Assembly: GCA_964516695.1 (NCBI GenBank)
Contig: CAZEZJ010000001.1
Coordinates: 7,241 to 49,362, forward strand
Length of the DNA: 42,122 bases
Origin: an uncultured Blastocatellaceae bacterium
GTDB taxonomy: Bacteria > Acidobacteriota > Blastocatellia > Pyrinomonadales > Pyrinomonadaceae
Direction: 5' to 3'
Shown here: piece by piece, positions 7,745 through 17,961 of the stretch
How positions within the stretch are numbered: the first letter of the stretch is position 1
How the letters are laid out: each line of letters opens with the position of its first letter
Notes under the pieces: generated by a model
Seen by the model: the letters and a program-made list of their open reading frames with translations, nothing else
Database searches by the model: none
Told to the model about the DNA's origin: nothing
Made by a program: the position numbers and the translations under genes

Positions 7745-8266
7745 AGAATGCTCAACTCATGGCCGAAAACGGCGCAAGCATCAACCCCATAGCTACCGCC
7801 TGGCACTCTTTCGGCTTCGGGGAAACTCAGCATCGCTGCTCTGAGGCTTTTATACCACTAATCAGGCAAAGGATGAACAGTAAAGCTGTTGGCGCTCTGA
7901 GGCCAGCGGCCGGCAATCAGTTGTTCGCTAGCGACGGCTAATTTATCTTCCGCCGCTCTCCTTTTCTGAGACACACAACCGGCGACCGCAGGCGCGCGAC
8001 ACACCGCTCGCCGCGCGGAACTAACCACTGACAGCTTTATCTCTTTTTGTGATACCATGCGCTCTGTTCGATTCACAAACAATGCTCTCAGAGTTGTCCG
8101 CTCGGGCGGTCTGTCGCGCCCTGTGTTTGCCGCCGCCCGATGATGACGACTCATCGAAGTCACGCACGTGCTTTTGCGCCTGGCTTTGCCCCCGCCGAGA
8201 GCGCCCGGAGGGGCGCGCCTTTAGCGGGCGTTTAATTTCCGACCTCCGCATCTGAGGAGCCAATTT

Positions 8267-11131
8267 ATGAGCAACAATCTGCTTGCATTGATGAAGCTGG
8301 GCCAATCCATCTGGTACGACAATATCCGGCGCGCGATGCTGGAAAGCGGCGACTTGCAGACGAAGATAACGGAAGACGATTTGCGCGGCGTCACGTCGAA
8401 CCCGACCATCTTTGAAAAGGCCATCACCGGCTCAACAGACTACGATGAGCAGTTTCGCTCGCTCGCTAGCTCGGGCAAGAGCGTGCAGGAGATTTACGAA
8501 GCGCTGGTGCTCGAAGACATCGGTGACGCCGCCGATATCCTCCGGCCCGTTTACGACAAGACTAACGCGCTCGACGGCTACATCAGCCTCGAAGTCAACC
8601 CGCGATTGGCCTACGATACACAGGGCACGATTGAGGAAGCCGAGAGACTGTTCAAGCAGTTGAATCGTCCGAACGTGATGATTAAGATTCCGGCCTCGCA
8701 AGAAGGCTTGCCCGCCATCGAGGAGAGCATCTATCGCGGCATCAACATCAACATCACGATGATTTTCGCCATCGCCAATTACGAGCAGGTGGCCGAAAGC
8801 TTCATCAGAGGACTCGAACGCCGCGCCGCCGAAGGCAAGCCGGTCGAGCGCATCGCATCGGTCGCCAGCTTTTTCGTTTCGCGCGTTGACACGAGCATTG
8901 ATAAAGAGTTGGAAGACCGCGCCGAGAAAGCGGCCACCCCCGAAGAGAAACAGCGTTTGGAAAGCTTGCTGGGCCGCGCGGCCATCGCCAACGCGAAGCT
9001 TGCTTACCAGAAATTCAAAGAGATTTTCCACGGCGAGAGATTCAAGGCGCTCAAAGCACAGGGCGCGCAAGTGCAGCGCTGCTTGTGGGCTTCGACGGGA
9101 ACGAAGAATCCGAAGTATTCGGACGTCCTGTATGTTGATAATCTGATTGGCCCGGAGACGGTCAACACCGTTCCGCCCGCGACCTACACAGCCGTTCGCG
9201 ACCACGGGCGCGTGGAGTTAACGCTCGAAGAGAATCTGGACGAAAGCCGCGCTCTCATCGCTCAACTTTCAGGATTAGGCATCGACCTGAAGGCCGTGAC
9301 CGACAAGCTACAGCAGGACGGGCTGACGGCTTTCGTCGGCTCGTTTGACACGCTCGTCGAATCCATCGAAGCCAAACGCGACGCCCTTCTCTCCGGCATT
9401 CAAGGGAGGCTCGTGTCCAGCTTGGGAAAGTACGCTGACGCGGTGAACGCCGCGCTCAAGGAGGCGGACAAGGGCGAGGTGATGCGCCGCATCTGGCGCA
9501 AAGACGCCTCGCTTTGGAAGACGGACGAAGCGCACCAGAAGATTATCAAAAACGCGCTCGGCTGGCTGAACGTGCCCGACGCGATGATTGGCGTCGAGGA
9601 TGATTTGATAGCCTTCGCTGACCGCATTCGCGAGGGTGGCCGTTTTCGTCACGTCATGCTCTGCGGGATGGGCGGCTCGTCGCTCTGCCCCGAGGTCTTT
9701 CGTCAAACCTTCGGCGCGCAAAGCAACTATCCCGAACTGCTCGTCCTCGATTCGACAGACCCGGACGTGCTCGAAAGTTTCTCCCGGCAGATTGACCTCA
9801 AAAGCTGTCTCTTTATCATCTCTTCAAAATCGGGCACGACGACCGAACCGCTCGCCTTCTACAAATATTGGTACGACCAGGTAAGTAAGGTGAGCGACAA
9901 CCCGGGCGAGAGCTTCGTCGCCATCACAGACCCCGGCACGAAGATGGAGCAGATGGCGACTGAAGACAAATTCAGGCGCATCTTTCTCAACCCGCCGGAC
10001 ATCGGCGGGCGCTACTCCGCGCTCTCTTACTTCGGCATTGTCCCGGCAGCGCTCGCTGGCCTCGACATCACGAAATTGCTCGACCGCGCGGAGCGCATCG
10101 TTCATTCTTGCGCATCGGTCGTCCCGGCAGCCGAAAATCCCGGCGCGCGTCTGGGCGCAATCCTCGCGGAGTGTGCGCGGGCCGGACGCGATAAGCTGAC
10201 CATCATCGCTGACCCGAAAATCAGCGCGCTCGGCCTCTGGATTGAACAACTCGTCGCGGAAAGCACCGGCAAGGAAGGCAAAGGAATCTTGCCCGTCTCG
10301 GGCGAGCCGCTCGGGGGCCCATCCGTTTACGGTGATGACCGCCTCTTCGTCTCTCTGGCGGTCGGTCGCATTGACGGCGAGACGGAAGTGAAGCTCAAAG
10401 CGCTCGCAGCCGCGGGCCACCCAATCGTTTATCGCACGCTGACGGATTTGTACGACTTGGGCGAAGAGTTTTTCCTGTGGGAGATTGCGACCGCGTTCGC
10501 CGGCTATCGTCTCGGCATCAATCCGTTTGACCAGCCCAACGTGCAGGAATCGAAGGACGCCACCAAAGAACTGCTCGACGCGTTTACACAAAGCGGCGCG
10601 TTGACAGAGCAGATGATGCTCGCGACCGACGGCACGTTGACCGTCTACGTTGACGAACCCGTGCGCGCTCTTCCGTCTTCTTCCGTGGGCGACGTTCTCG
10701 CAGCACATTTATCAAGGGCGGGCGCGGGCGACTACATCGCGTTGCTCAGCTACATAGAGGAAACACCCGAGCACGAAGCCCTGCTTCAGGCCATCCGCAC
10801 CAGCTTGCGCGACGCGACCCGTTGTGCGACAACCACGGGCTACGGCCCGCGCTTTCTGCATTCGACCGGACAACTGCATAAGGGCGGCTCCGACGCTGGC
10901 GTCTTTCTGCAAATCACCGCGCCAGACCACACAGACCTTCCTATTCCCGAAGCGGCTTACACCTTTAGCATTCTCAAGCAGGCGCAAGCGCTCGGTGATT
11001 TTCGTTCGCTCTCATCGAGAGGCCGCCGCGCCATTCGCGTTGACTTAGGTGCGGACGCGGTCGCAGGTCTCAGGCAGTTGCAACAACTAATCGGCGCAGC
11101 CATCCCGCGCTCCGAAGCACAGAAGCAGTAA
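8267..11131 (+). CDS. tal-pgi: Bifunctional transaldolase / glucose-6-phosphate isomerase
   Basis: 954 aa. The N-terminal ~370 aa look like transaldolase (LGQSIWYDNIRR..., TSNPTIF, MIKIPA). The C-terminal part looks like PGI (GMGGSSL, SKSGTT-E). A GAGGAG RBS lies 8 nt upstream of the ATG. Confidence 0.9.
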   Translation: MSNNLLALMKLGQSIWYDNIRRAMLESGDLQTKITEDDLRGVTSNPTIFEKAITGSTDYDEQFRSLASSGKSVQEIYEALVLEDIGDAADILRPVYDKTNALDGYISLEVNPRLAYDTQGTIEEAERLFKQLNRPNVMIKIPASQEGLPAIEESIYRGININITMIFAIANYEQVAESFIRGLERRAAEGKPVERIASVASFFVSRVDTSIDKELEDRAEKAATPEEKQRLESLLGRAAIANAKLAYQKFKEIFHGERFKALKAQGAQVQRCLWASTGTKNPKYSDVLYVDNLIGPETVNTVPPATYTAVRDHGRVELTLEENLDESRALIAQLSGLGIDLKAVTDKLQQDGLTAFVGSFDTLVESIEAKRDALLSGIQGRLVSSLGKYADAVNAALKEADKGEVMRRIWRKDASLWKTDEAHQKIIKNALGWLNVPDAMIGVEDDLIAFADRIREGGRFRHVMLCGMGGSSLCPEVFRQTFGAQSNYPELLVLDSTDPDVLESFSRQIDLKSCLFIISSKSGTTTEPLAFYKYWYDQVSKVSDNPGESFVAITDPGTKMEQMATEDKFRRIFLNPPDIGGRYSALSYFGIVPAALAGLDITKLLDRAERIVHSCASVVPAAENPGARLGAILAECARAGRDKLTIIADPKISALGLWIEQLVAESTGKEGKGILPVSGEPLGGPSVYGDDRLFVSLAVGRIDGETEVKLKALAAAGHPIVYRTLTDLYDLGEEFFLWEIATAFAGYRLGINPFDQPNVQESKDATKELLDAFTQSGALTEQMMLATDGTLTVYVDEPVRALPSSSVGDVLAAHLSRAGAGDYIALLSYIEETPEHEALLQAIRTSLRDATRCATTTGYGPRFLHSTGQLHKGGSDAGVFLQITAPDHTDLPIPEAAYTFSILKQAQALGDFRSLSSRGRRAIRVDLGADAVAGLRQLQQLIGAAIPRSEAQKQ

Positions 11132-11206
11132 AAGGAGGAATGATGAACGCGGAACGATGAACTATTCGAAGCTTGTCTTTGACTGCCGCGTTCATCGTTC
11201 CTCCTT
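11132..11206 (+). repeat. Long hairpin in the tal-pgi / zwf spacer
   Basis: AAGGAGGAATGATGAACGCGG (11132-11152) pairs 20/21 with CCGCGTTCATCGTTCCTCCTT (11186-11206). The 33-nt loop carries a central AAGCTT. Confidence 0.7.
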
Positions 11207-11229
11207 CATCATTTTTCCGAAGGAAAGTT

Positions 11230-12771
11230 ATGTCCTCGATTGTCATGGAAAACCCTCTGCGTGAGGGCATCAGGCTTGAACGAACGGCCGGGCCGTGTGC
11301 GGTCGTCATTTTCGGGGCGAGCGGCGATTTGACGAAACGCAAGCTCTTGCCCGCGCTCTACAGGCTGGTGCAGCAGCGTCTTGTCCCCGCCGAGTTTGCC
11401 ATTGTGGGCCTCGCGCGAACGGAGATGACGAGCGAAGAGTTTCGCGCGCGGATGCGGGAAGCGATTGAGGAGTTTTCGGCGGAGAAGAGCGTTGACGAAG
11501 AGGTCTGGAATTCGTTTGCGCAGAGCCTCTACTACATCACCGGCGACATCAACACGCCCGCCGATTACGTGAAGCTCACCGAACTGCTCGAACAGGTTGA
11601 CCGCGAGCGCGGCACGCAAGGCAACCGCCTCTTTTATTTGTCCGTCGCGCCGCGCTTCTACAGCGAAGCCGTCAAGCAGTTGGGCGAGGCCGGACTCGCC
11701 AAAGCTCAAGACGGAGCGTGGGTGCGCGTCATCATCGAAAAGCCGTTCGGCTCTGACTTGACGAGCGCACGCGCTCTCAATCAGGAGATTCACCAGCACC
11801 TACACGAGTCGCAAATCTATCGCATCGACCATTATCTCGGCAAAGAGACCGTGCAGAATTTGCTGGTCTTTCGTTTCGCCAACGGCATCTTCGAGCCGCT
11901 CTGGAATCGCCAGTACATAGACCACGTTCAACTGACGAACGCCGAGGCGGTCGGCGTTGAAGGACGCGGCGGCTACTACGAGACGGCGGGCGTCGTGCGC
12001 GACATGATTCAGAACCACGTCTTTCAGGTGCTTTCGCTAGTCGTGATGGAGCCGCCCGCGAGCCTCGATTCGGAAGCCGTGCGCGACGAAAAATATAAGG
12101 CGATGATGGCCGCGCGCCCGTTCACAACTGAGCGCGTGCGCGAGGAATGCGTGCGCGGGCAATACGGGCCGGGTTCGATTGCGGGTCAACCCGTGCCCGG
12201 CTACCGGCAGGAAGAGGGCGTCGCGCCTGACTCCGCGACCGAGACCTTCGCGATGCTCACCATGTACTTCGACAACTGGCGCTGGGCGGGCGTGCCCTTC
12301 TTCATCCGCTCCGGCAAGCGCCTGCCAAAGCGCGTCACAGAGATTGCGATTCAATTCAAGTCTGCCCCGCTACAGCTTTTCGGTGAAGCCGGAGAACACG
12401 TCGCGCCCAACCAACTCATCATCCGCATTCAGCCCGACGAGGGCATTACGCTTCGCTTCGCCGCCAAGATTCCAGGACAGACGACCAACATCCGCGAAGT
12501 CAACATGGACTTTCGCTACGGCGCATCCTTCGGCATCCAACTCGCGGAGGCTTACGAACGCCTCCTGCTAGATTGCATCCTTGGCGATTCCACGCTCTAC
12601 GCGCGCAAGGACATGACCGAACACGGCTGGGAACTCGTCATGCCTATCCTAGACGAATGGGCCGCGACGAAAAACGAGGTTGAGTTTCCCAACTACGAAG
12701 CCGGAACCTGGGGGCCACAAAGCTCTCACGAGATGCTCGAACGCACGGGCCGCCGCTGGCGCAGGCCGTAA
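11230..12771 (+). CDS. zwf: Glucose-6-phosphate 1-dehydrogenase
   Basis: Motifs VIFGASGDLTKRKL, RIDHYLGKE and EKPFG. The ATG at 11230 is preferred over the TTG at 11173, which lies inside the upstream hairpin. Confidence 0.92.
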   Translation: MSSIVMENPLREGIRLERTAGPCAVVIFGASGDLTKRKLLPALYRLVQQRLVPAEFAIVGLARTEMTSEEFRARMREAIEEFSAEKSVDEEVWNSFAQSLYYITGDINTPADYVKLTELLEQVDRERGTQGNRLFYLSVAPRFYSEAVKQLGEAGLAKAQDGAWVRVIIEKPFGSDLTSARALNQEIHQHLHESQIYRIDHYLGKETVQNLLVFRFANGIFEPLWNRQYIDHVQLTNAEAVGVEGRGGYYETAGVVRDMIQNHVFQVLSLVVMEPPASLDSEAVRDEKYKAMMAARPFTTERVREECVRGQYGPGSIAGQPVPGYRQEEGVAPDSATETFAMLTMYFDNWRWAGVPFFIRSGKRLPKRVTEIAIQFKSAPLQLFGEAGEHVAPNQLIIRIQPDEGITLRFAAKIPGQTTNIREVNMDFRYGASFGIQLAEAYERLLLDCILGDSTLYARKDMTEHGWELVMPILDEWAATKNEVEFPNYEAGTWGPQSSHEMLERTGRRWRRP

Positions 12772-12775
12772 AAAC

Positions 12776-12849
12776 GGTAATAGGTGATAAGTGATGGGTG
12801 ATAAGTAAAAGCTTTTCTCCTATTACCTATCACCCATCACCCATCACTG
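12776..12849. repeat. Heptamer-built imperfect palindrome (GTGATRR family), copy 2
   Basis: GGTAATA GGTGATA AGTGATG GGTGATA AGTAAAA GC TTTTCTC CTATTAC CTATCAC CCATCAC CCATCAC. The centre is AAAAGCTTTT (12807-12816). It fills the zwf/opcA spacer. Confidence 0.8.
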
Positions 12850-12861
12850 TTTTTGAGAGTT

Positions 12862-14028
12862 ATGGAAACACAGACGCACGAAAGCACGGTTTCGGTCTCG
12901 ACGCTGCGAGGGATTGATGTCGGCAGGATAGAGAAGGAACTGGCGATGATGTGGCAGCAGGCATCTGCCGTGGGACAGGGCGCGGATGACGCGGGCGTGG
13001 TGCGCGCGTGCGCGTTGAATCTGATTGTTTACACGACCGCGCAGGAAGACCGCGCGCAGATAAACGAGATGCTCGAAGCGATTAACGAGCGGCATCCGGG
13101 ACGCGCGCTGGTGCTGGTGGCCGACCGCGCTTCGAGCGCTTCGAGCCTTGAGGCTTACGTCTCCAGCCGTTGTCGCGCGCTGGGCGCGAGCAAGCGGCAG
13201 GTCTGCGGCGAGCAGGTGACGATTGAAGCGGCTGGGCCAATCGTTGAGATGGCAGCCAGCGCTATCGCCCCGCTGCTCGTGCCCGACGTGCCTGTCTTTC
13301 TCTGGTGGAAAGACATTCCGCATGATGACGATAAATTGTTTGACCGCATGGCCCGCATGTCGGACCGCGTGGTGATTGATTCGGCGGCCTTCGACCACCC
13401 GCGCGAAGACCTGCTGCGCTTGGCAGACATAGTGCGCTCGCTTGGGCGAGACACGCGCATCTCCGACCTCAACTGGGGACGCCTGACTTCATGGCGAACG
13501 CTGCTGGCGAGTTTCTGGGACGTGGCGGAATATCGCCCGCATCTTGAGCGCATTGAAAGCGTGAAGATAGAGTATGACCCGCCCGATGTCGCGCCAGGCG
13601 AGATAGCGCCGAAGGCTCTGCTCGCCGCGGGCTGGCTCGCCTCGCGGCTCAATTGGAAGTTGGAAGAGGACGGCGCAACGAGAGAGGGCGACACGTCGCG
13701 CTTCAGGTTTACGACAGCGGCGGCGCAACCGCTCGTTGTCGAAATGCGTGCGCTGCATGATGAACAAGGAGCGGACGGAATGCTGGCCTCTTTAACTCTG
13801 ACGGAAGCGACAAACCGCGCCAGCTTTTCCGTCGCTCTCAGCCGCGACGGACACAGGCTGGAAACAAAAGCCAGCATGGATGACACACACACGGTCGGGC
13901 GCGTGCTGGCCTATGAACAGAAAAGCGAGGGGCAGCGTCTTAGCCGCGAGCTTGGCTTGCTGGCGCGTGACCGTATCTATGAGCAAACGCTCTTTCTCGC
14001 CGCCGAATTGACCGCCGCCGTAAAATAG
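12862..14028 (+). CDS. opcA: OpcA-like glucose-6-phosphate dehydrogenase assembly/effector protein
   Basis: It sits immediately after zwf. The length (~390 aa) fits, and the VRACALNLIVY-type N-terminal motif is recalled from the OpcA family. The ATG at 12862 is preferred over the TTG at 12853. Confidence 0.7.
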   Translation: METQTHESTVSVSTLRGIDVGRIEKELAMMWQQASAVGQGADDAGVVRACALNLIVYTTAQEDRAQINEMLEAINERHPGRALVLVADRASSASSLEAYVSSRCRALGASKRQVCGEQVTIEAAGPIVEMAASAIAPLLVPDVPVFLWWKDIPHDDDKLFDRMARMSDRVVIDSAAFDHPREDLLRLADIVRSLGRDTRISDLNWGRLTSWRTLLASFWDVAEYRPHLERIESVKIEYDPPDVAPGEIAPKALLAAGWLASRLNWKLEEDGATREGDTSRFRFTTAAAQPLVVEMRALHDEQGADGMLASLTLTEATNRASFSVALSRDGHRLETKASMDDTHTVGRVLAYEQKSEGQRLSRELGLLARDRIYEQTLFLAAELTAAVK

Positions 14029-14071
14029 AGAGTATCAAAATGTTCTGCTCTTAAATCTCTGTAGCGACGTG

Positions 14072-15082
14072 ATGATAAAAAAAATGATTCTGGCCGGGGA
14101 TATTGGTGGAACGAAGACGAATGTGGCGCTGCTGGAAACAGACGGGCGCGAAGCGGGCGCGCTCGTCGCCCAGAAGACGTTTCCGAGCGCCGATTATGAT
14201 TCGCTGGAAAAGATGATTGAGGAATTTCTCGCCGCGGAGCGACGGCCCGCTTTGACGCACGCTTGCTTTGGTGTGGCCGGGCCGGTCGTTGACGGGCGCG
14301 TGGATGCGACGAATTTGAAGTGGGATGTGAGCGCCGATGCGCTAGTCAAAGTTTTGGGCATCTCTCGCGTCAGTATCATCAACGACCTTGAAGCGACGGC
14401 TTACGGCATCGAAGCGCTCACGCCCGCGCAGTTGCACACGCTCAATAAAGGAACGGGAGCACGCGACGGCAATCGTGCATTGATTGCCGCCGGAACGGGC
14501 CTCGGCATGGCCGGACTCGTCCGCCATGAAGGCCACTATTATCCTGTCCCCTCCGAAGGCGGGCATACGGATTTCGCTCCGCGCAACCATCTGGAAATGC
14601 AACTGCTCGATTACCTGTTGAAGAATGAAGAGTTCGGCGGGCACGTCTCTTACGAGCGCGTGCTTTCGGGGCCTGGCCTCTTCACTATCTATAGTTTTCT
14701 GCGCGACACGGGCTTCGCCGAAGAGCCTGCGTGGTTGGCCACAGAGATTGCCGGCGAAGGCGACAATTCGGCTGTCGTCTCGCGTGCGGCGCTGGCACAC
14801 GAATCCGAGTTGGCCGTCAAAGCCCTGGACATGTTCGTCCGCATCTACGGCGCGATGACAGGTAATCTCGCGCTGTTGATGATGGCGACAGGCGGCTGCT
14901 ATGTCGGCGGCGGCATCGCGCCGAAGATTATCGAAAAGCTCAAGGACGGCGCTTTCCTTGAGACCTATATCGCCAAAGGCAGATTCCAATCGCTGCTGGC
15001 CGCAATGCCCGTGCATGTTATTCTCGACGATAAGACGGCTCTCTACGGCGCGGCGCTCAAGGCGCTCGAAACGAGCGGGTGA
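14072..15082 (+). CDS. glk: Glucokinase
   Basis: N-terminal ILAGDIGGTKTN ATP-binding motif, ~335 aa, and a Glk-family layout. The start could be 14069, 14072 or 14084. Confidence 0.85.
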   Translation: MIKKMILAGDIGGTKTNVALLETDGREAGALVAQKTFPSADYDSLEKMIEEFLAAERRPALTHACFGVAGPVVDGRVDATNLKWDVSADALVKVLGISRVSIINDLEATAYGIEALTPAQLHTLNKGTGARDGNRALIAAGTGLGMAGLVRHEGHYYPVPSEGGHTDFAPRNHLEMQLLDYLLKNEEFGGHVSYERVLSGPGLFTIYSFLRDTGFAEEPAWLATEIAGEGDNSAVVSRAALAHESELAVKALDMFVRIYGAMTGNLALLMMATGGCYVGGGIAPKIIEKLKDGAFLETYIAKGRFQSLLAAMPVHVILDDKTALYGAALKALETSG

Positions 15083-15849
15083 GTTTTCAGGTGACAGAGA
15101 CAAAGCAGTTCCCAAAAGTTTCCATCTTTGAAGAAGCGGAAGAGGTGGCGCGCGCTGCCGCCGAACGCTTCGTCGCAGCGGCAGGCGAAGCGATTGAGGC
15201 GGAGGGTCGTTTCAGCTTGGCGCTCGCGGGAGGCTCAACTCCGCGGCGCACCTATCAACTGCTGGCGAGCGACGACTTCAAAGACCGCGTTGACTGGACC
15301 AAAACGCACGTCTTCTTTGGCGACGAACGATGCGTGCCGCCAACCGATGCCGACAGCAATTACCGGATGGCGGATGAAGCGCTGCTCTCGCGCGTCAGCA
15401 TTCCTGCGCGCAACGTTCACCGCATCAGGGGCGAGGGCGACGCGGTGGCAAACGCGCGGCTCTACGAGGATGAGCTTCAGACTTTCTTTGCCAATGAACG
15501 CTGGCCGCGCTTTTCGCTCGTCCTGCTCGGCATGGGCGACGACGCCCACACGGCCTCGCTCTTTCCCGGCACACAGGCGCTCGCGGAGCAAAGAGCGTGG
15601 GTGGCGGCCAACTGGGTCGAGAAGCTAAACGCCTACCGCATCACGCTCACGGCTCCGGCCATTAACCACGCCGCGCGAATTGTTTTCCTCGTGACGGGAG
15701 CGGGCAAGGCCGAGAGCTTACAATCAGTCTTGCTCGGCAGAGCGCCCGATTCCGGTTTAGAGTCTGAATTATTACCTTCGCAGTTGATTCGCCCCGTAGA
15801 CGGCGCGTTGGAATGGCTCGTTGATAGAGCGGCAGCAGCACGCCTCTAA
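15079..15849 (+). CDS. pgl: 6-phosphogluconolactonase
   Basis: Motifs LALAGGSTP, FFGDERCVP and LLGMGDDAHTASLFPG. The GTG start overlaps the glk stop (GTGA). Confidence 0.9.
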   Translation: MSFQVTETKQFPKVSIFEEAEEVARAAAERFVAAAGEAIEAEGRFSLALAGGSTPRRTYQLLASDDFKDRVDWTKTHVFFGDERCVPPTDADSNYRMADEALLSRVSIPARNVHRIRGEGDAVANARLYEDELQTFFANERWPRFSLVLLGMGDDAHTASLFPGTQALAEQRAWVAANWVEKLNAYRITLTAPAINHAARIVFLVTGAGKAESLQSVLLGRAPDSGLESELLPSQLIRPVDGALEWLVDRAAAARL

Positions 15850-15914
15850 AATTTAGAGCGATTGAATTTGGCTCTCGGTGGCTGGTAGCTGGCCTAAGCA
15901 GCTACGCGCTAGAG

Positions 15915-17444
15915 ATGAAACTTCAAAGCATCCCAGTTCGCAATGCCGCATATCTCTTGCTCTCTATTTTCTTGTTGACGGCTTGCAGTCGTAAGGAGAA
16001 ACCTCCGCGCGTCCTTGAGTCGGTGGAGAGCGTCAAGCCGCAGCCGGTTGCGCCGGTTGACCGCGATTTGAAGTCTATCAAAGAACGCGGCACGCTCGTC
16101 GTGCTCGCTCCTTATAATTCGACGACCTACTTTCTCTATCGCGGCGAACCGCTCGGCTATGAGTTTGAATTGCTCCGCGCCTTCGCTGAAGAACACGCAT
16201 TGGCGCTCGAAATGCAGGTGGTGACAGACCAGAAAACGCTCTTTCAAAAACTCAACACCGGCGAGGGCGACATAATTGCGGCCCGCCTCAACCCCAAGCC
16301 GGAGGATAGCGCGGAGGTCGCCTTTACCAACGCTCTCTATCGCACGGAGCCGTCGCTCGTACAGCAGAAAGCGCCGCCCGATAACGCTAACCTGACCGAA
16401 GCGGCCAAGACCGAAATCAAATCCGAGCCGACCGATTCCAAAACGGTAGGCGATGCCTTCGCCATCCACGCGCGCCTCATCGAGCGGCCCGCGCAATTGG
16501 CCGGAGAAAAGGTCACGCTCCCGCAAGGCTCCGCTTACAAAAAAACGCTCGTCGAATTGGCTGACGAAATTTCGGGTGACATCAGCGTGGTCGAAATCGG
16601 GGATAACGCAGACGACGAAGCGTTGGTCGCGAAGGTCGCCAAAGGCGATGTCGAATACACGGTGGTGCAAGACAATCTGGCGGAATTGAAGGAGGCGCAC
16701 TATACCAACATCAAAATCCGCCCTGTGGTCGGAGCGTCACACAAGGTCGCTTGGGCCGTCAGGAAAAACGCCGATGCGTTGCTCTCCGAGTTGAATCGTT
16801 GGATTGCGGAGAAAAAGAACGGCTCGCTGTTTGACCGACTGTATAAAAAATATTTCACTGACCGCAAGGCTTACAGGGAGCGCGTCGTGAGCGAGTATCT
16901 AACTTCGGCCACGGGCAAGCTCTCGCAGTTTGACCCGCTTTTGAAGCGCTACGCGCCGGAGCTAAATTGGGACTGGCGGCTGCTGGCGGCGCAAACTTTT
17001 CAGGAATCGCGCTTCAAGCCGGACGCGCGCTCTTGGGCGGGCGCGACCGGACTGCTGCAATTGATGCCGCGCACGGCGCGCGAGTACGGAGTGAAAAATT
17101 CAAACGACCCGGAAGACAACGTTCGCGGCGCGGTCAAGTTTCTTAACTGGCTCACGAAATACTGGGCCAAGATTCCCGACGAGGCCGAGCGCTTGAAGTT
17201 TATTCTCGCATCGTTTAATTGCGGCGCGGGCCACGTCGAGGATGCGCAGCGCTTGACCGTCAAATACGGCGGCAATCCCGAATCATGGAACGACGTGGCA
17301 TACTGGCTGCTGCAACTCTCGAAGTCGCAATACTCGACCGACCCCGTCGTCAAATACGGCTTCTGTCGCGGCATCGAGCCGGTCACGTACGTCAGCCTAA
17401 TTCTCGACCGTTTCAACCACTACAAGCAGTTCGTCGTCACTTAA
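15915..17444 (+). CDS. mltF: MltF-like lytic transglycosylase lipoprotein (solute-binding-like domain + SLT domain)
   Basis: Lipobox LLTAC. The N-terminal domain resembles a family-3 periplasmic binding protein. The C-terminal SLT signature is ESRF...GLLQLMP...Y. Confidence 0.75.
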   Translation: MKLQSIPVRNAAYLLLSIFLLTACSRKEKPPRVLESVESVKPQPVAPVDRDLKSIKERGTLVVLAPYNSTTYFLYRGEPLGYEFELLRAFAEEHALALEMQVVTDQKTLFQKLNTGEGDIIAARLNPKPEDSAEVAFTNALYRTEPSLVQQKAPPDNANLTEAAKTEIKSEPTDSKTVGDAFAIHARLIERPAQLAGEKVTLPQGSAYKKTLVELADEISGDISVVEIGDNADDEALVAKVAKGDVEYTVVQDNLAELKEAHYTNIKIRPVVGASHKVAWAVRKNADALLSELNRWIAEKKNGSLFDRLYKKYFTDRKAYRERVVSEYLTSATGKLSQFDPLLKRYAPELNWDWRLLAAQTFQESRFKPDARSWAGATGLLQLMPRTAREYGVKNSNDPEDNVRGAVKFLNWLTKYWAKIPDEAERLKFILASFNCGAGHVEDAQRLTVKYGGNPESWNDVAYWLLQLSKSQYSTDPVVKYGFCRGIEPVTYVSLILDRFNHYKQFVVT

Positions 17445-17479
17445 ACCACTAAGCCACGCGGCAACATTCAGCCTTCCTT

Positions 17480-17935
17480 ATGAAGACTCGAAAGATTGCC
17501 ATCGGCAGCGACCACGCCGGATACGAAGCCAAAGAACTAGCGAAGCGCGAACTCGACGCGCTCGGAATGCAGATTGTGGACAAGGGCGCGCATGGGCCAG
17601 AAAGCGTTGATTATCCAGATTTCGGCGCGGCGGTCGGGCGCGCGGTCGCCAGCGGCGAGGTCGAGCGCGGCGTTCTCATCTGCGGCTCGGGCATCGGCAT
17701 TTCGATGGCGGCCAACAAGGTCGCGGGCGTGCGCGCGGCGCTCTGCTGGAACGAAGAGACGGCGCGCCTGGCGCGCGAGCATAACGACGCCAACATCCTC
17801 TGCTTCGGCGCGCGCTTTATCGAACCCGCTCTGGCCGCGCGCATGGTGCGCGTCTTTATGGAGACAAAGTTTGAGGCCGGACGTCACGCCGGACGCGTCG
17901 AGAAATTATCCCAACTAGACAACTCGAAAGCATAA
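17480..17935 (+). CDS. rpiB: Ribose-5-phosphate isomerase B
   Basis: 151 aa with [12 protein letters not shown]..., [15 protein letters not shown] and [12 protein letters not shown]. Confidence 0.92.
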   Translation: MKTRKIAIGSDHAGYEAKELAKRELDALGMQIVDKGAHGPESVDYPDFGAAVGRAVASGEVERGVLICGSGIGISMAANKVAGVRAALCWNEETARLAREHNDANILCFGARFIEPALAARMVRVFMETKFEAGRHAGRVEKLSQLDNSKA

Positions 17936-17961
17936 CTCCGAGCGCCCCAAGCCCCTTCACT

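Noticed and set aside
8046-8079. A CRP/FNR-like site (TGTGA ... TCACA) near the cNMP-binding-protein operon.
   Set aside because: The half-sites are 20 nt apart, not the 6 nt required for CRP-family dimers. The neighbouring cNMP protein also has no DNA-binding domain.
8432-10708. Long antisense ORFs opposite well-supported genes. Examples: 8432-9205, 9824-10708, 11209-11799, 13155-13892, 14342-15115, 15909-16700, 17884-18648, 20842-21537, 33869-34468, 38676-39467, 41055-41843, 2174-2980, 6593-7255 and 25386-26126.
   Set aside because: Their translations are Arg/Ala/Gly-rich and low-complexity, with no motifs. Each lies fully inside a gene with strong domain signatures on the other strand. 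This is the typical shadow-ORF pattern of GC-rich DNA.
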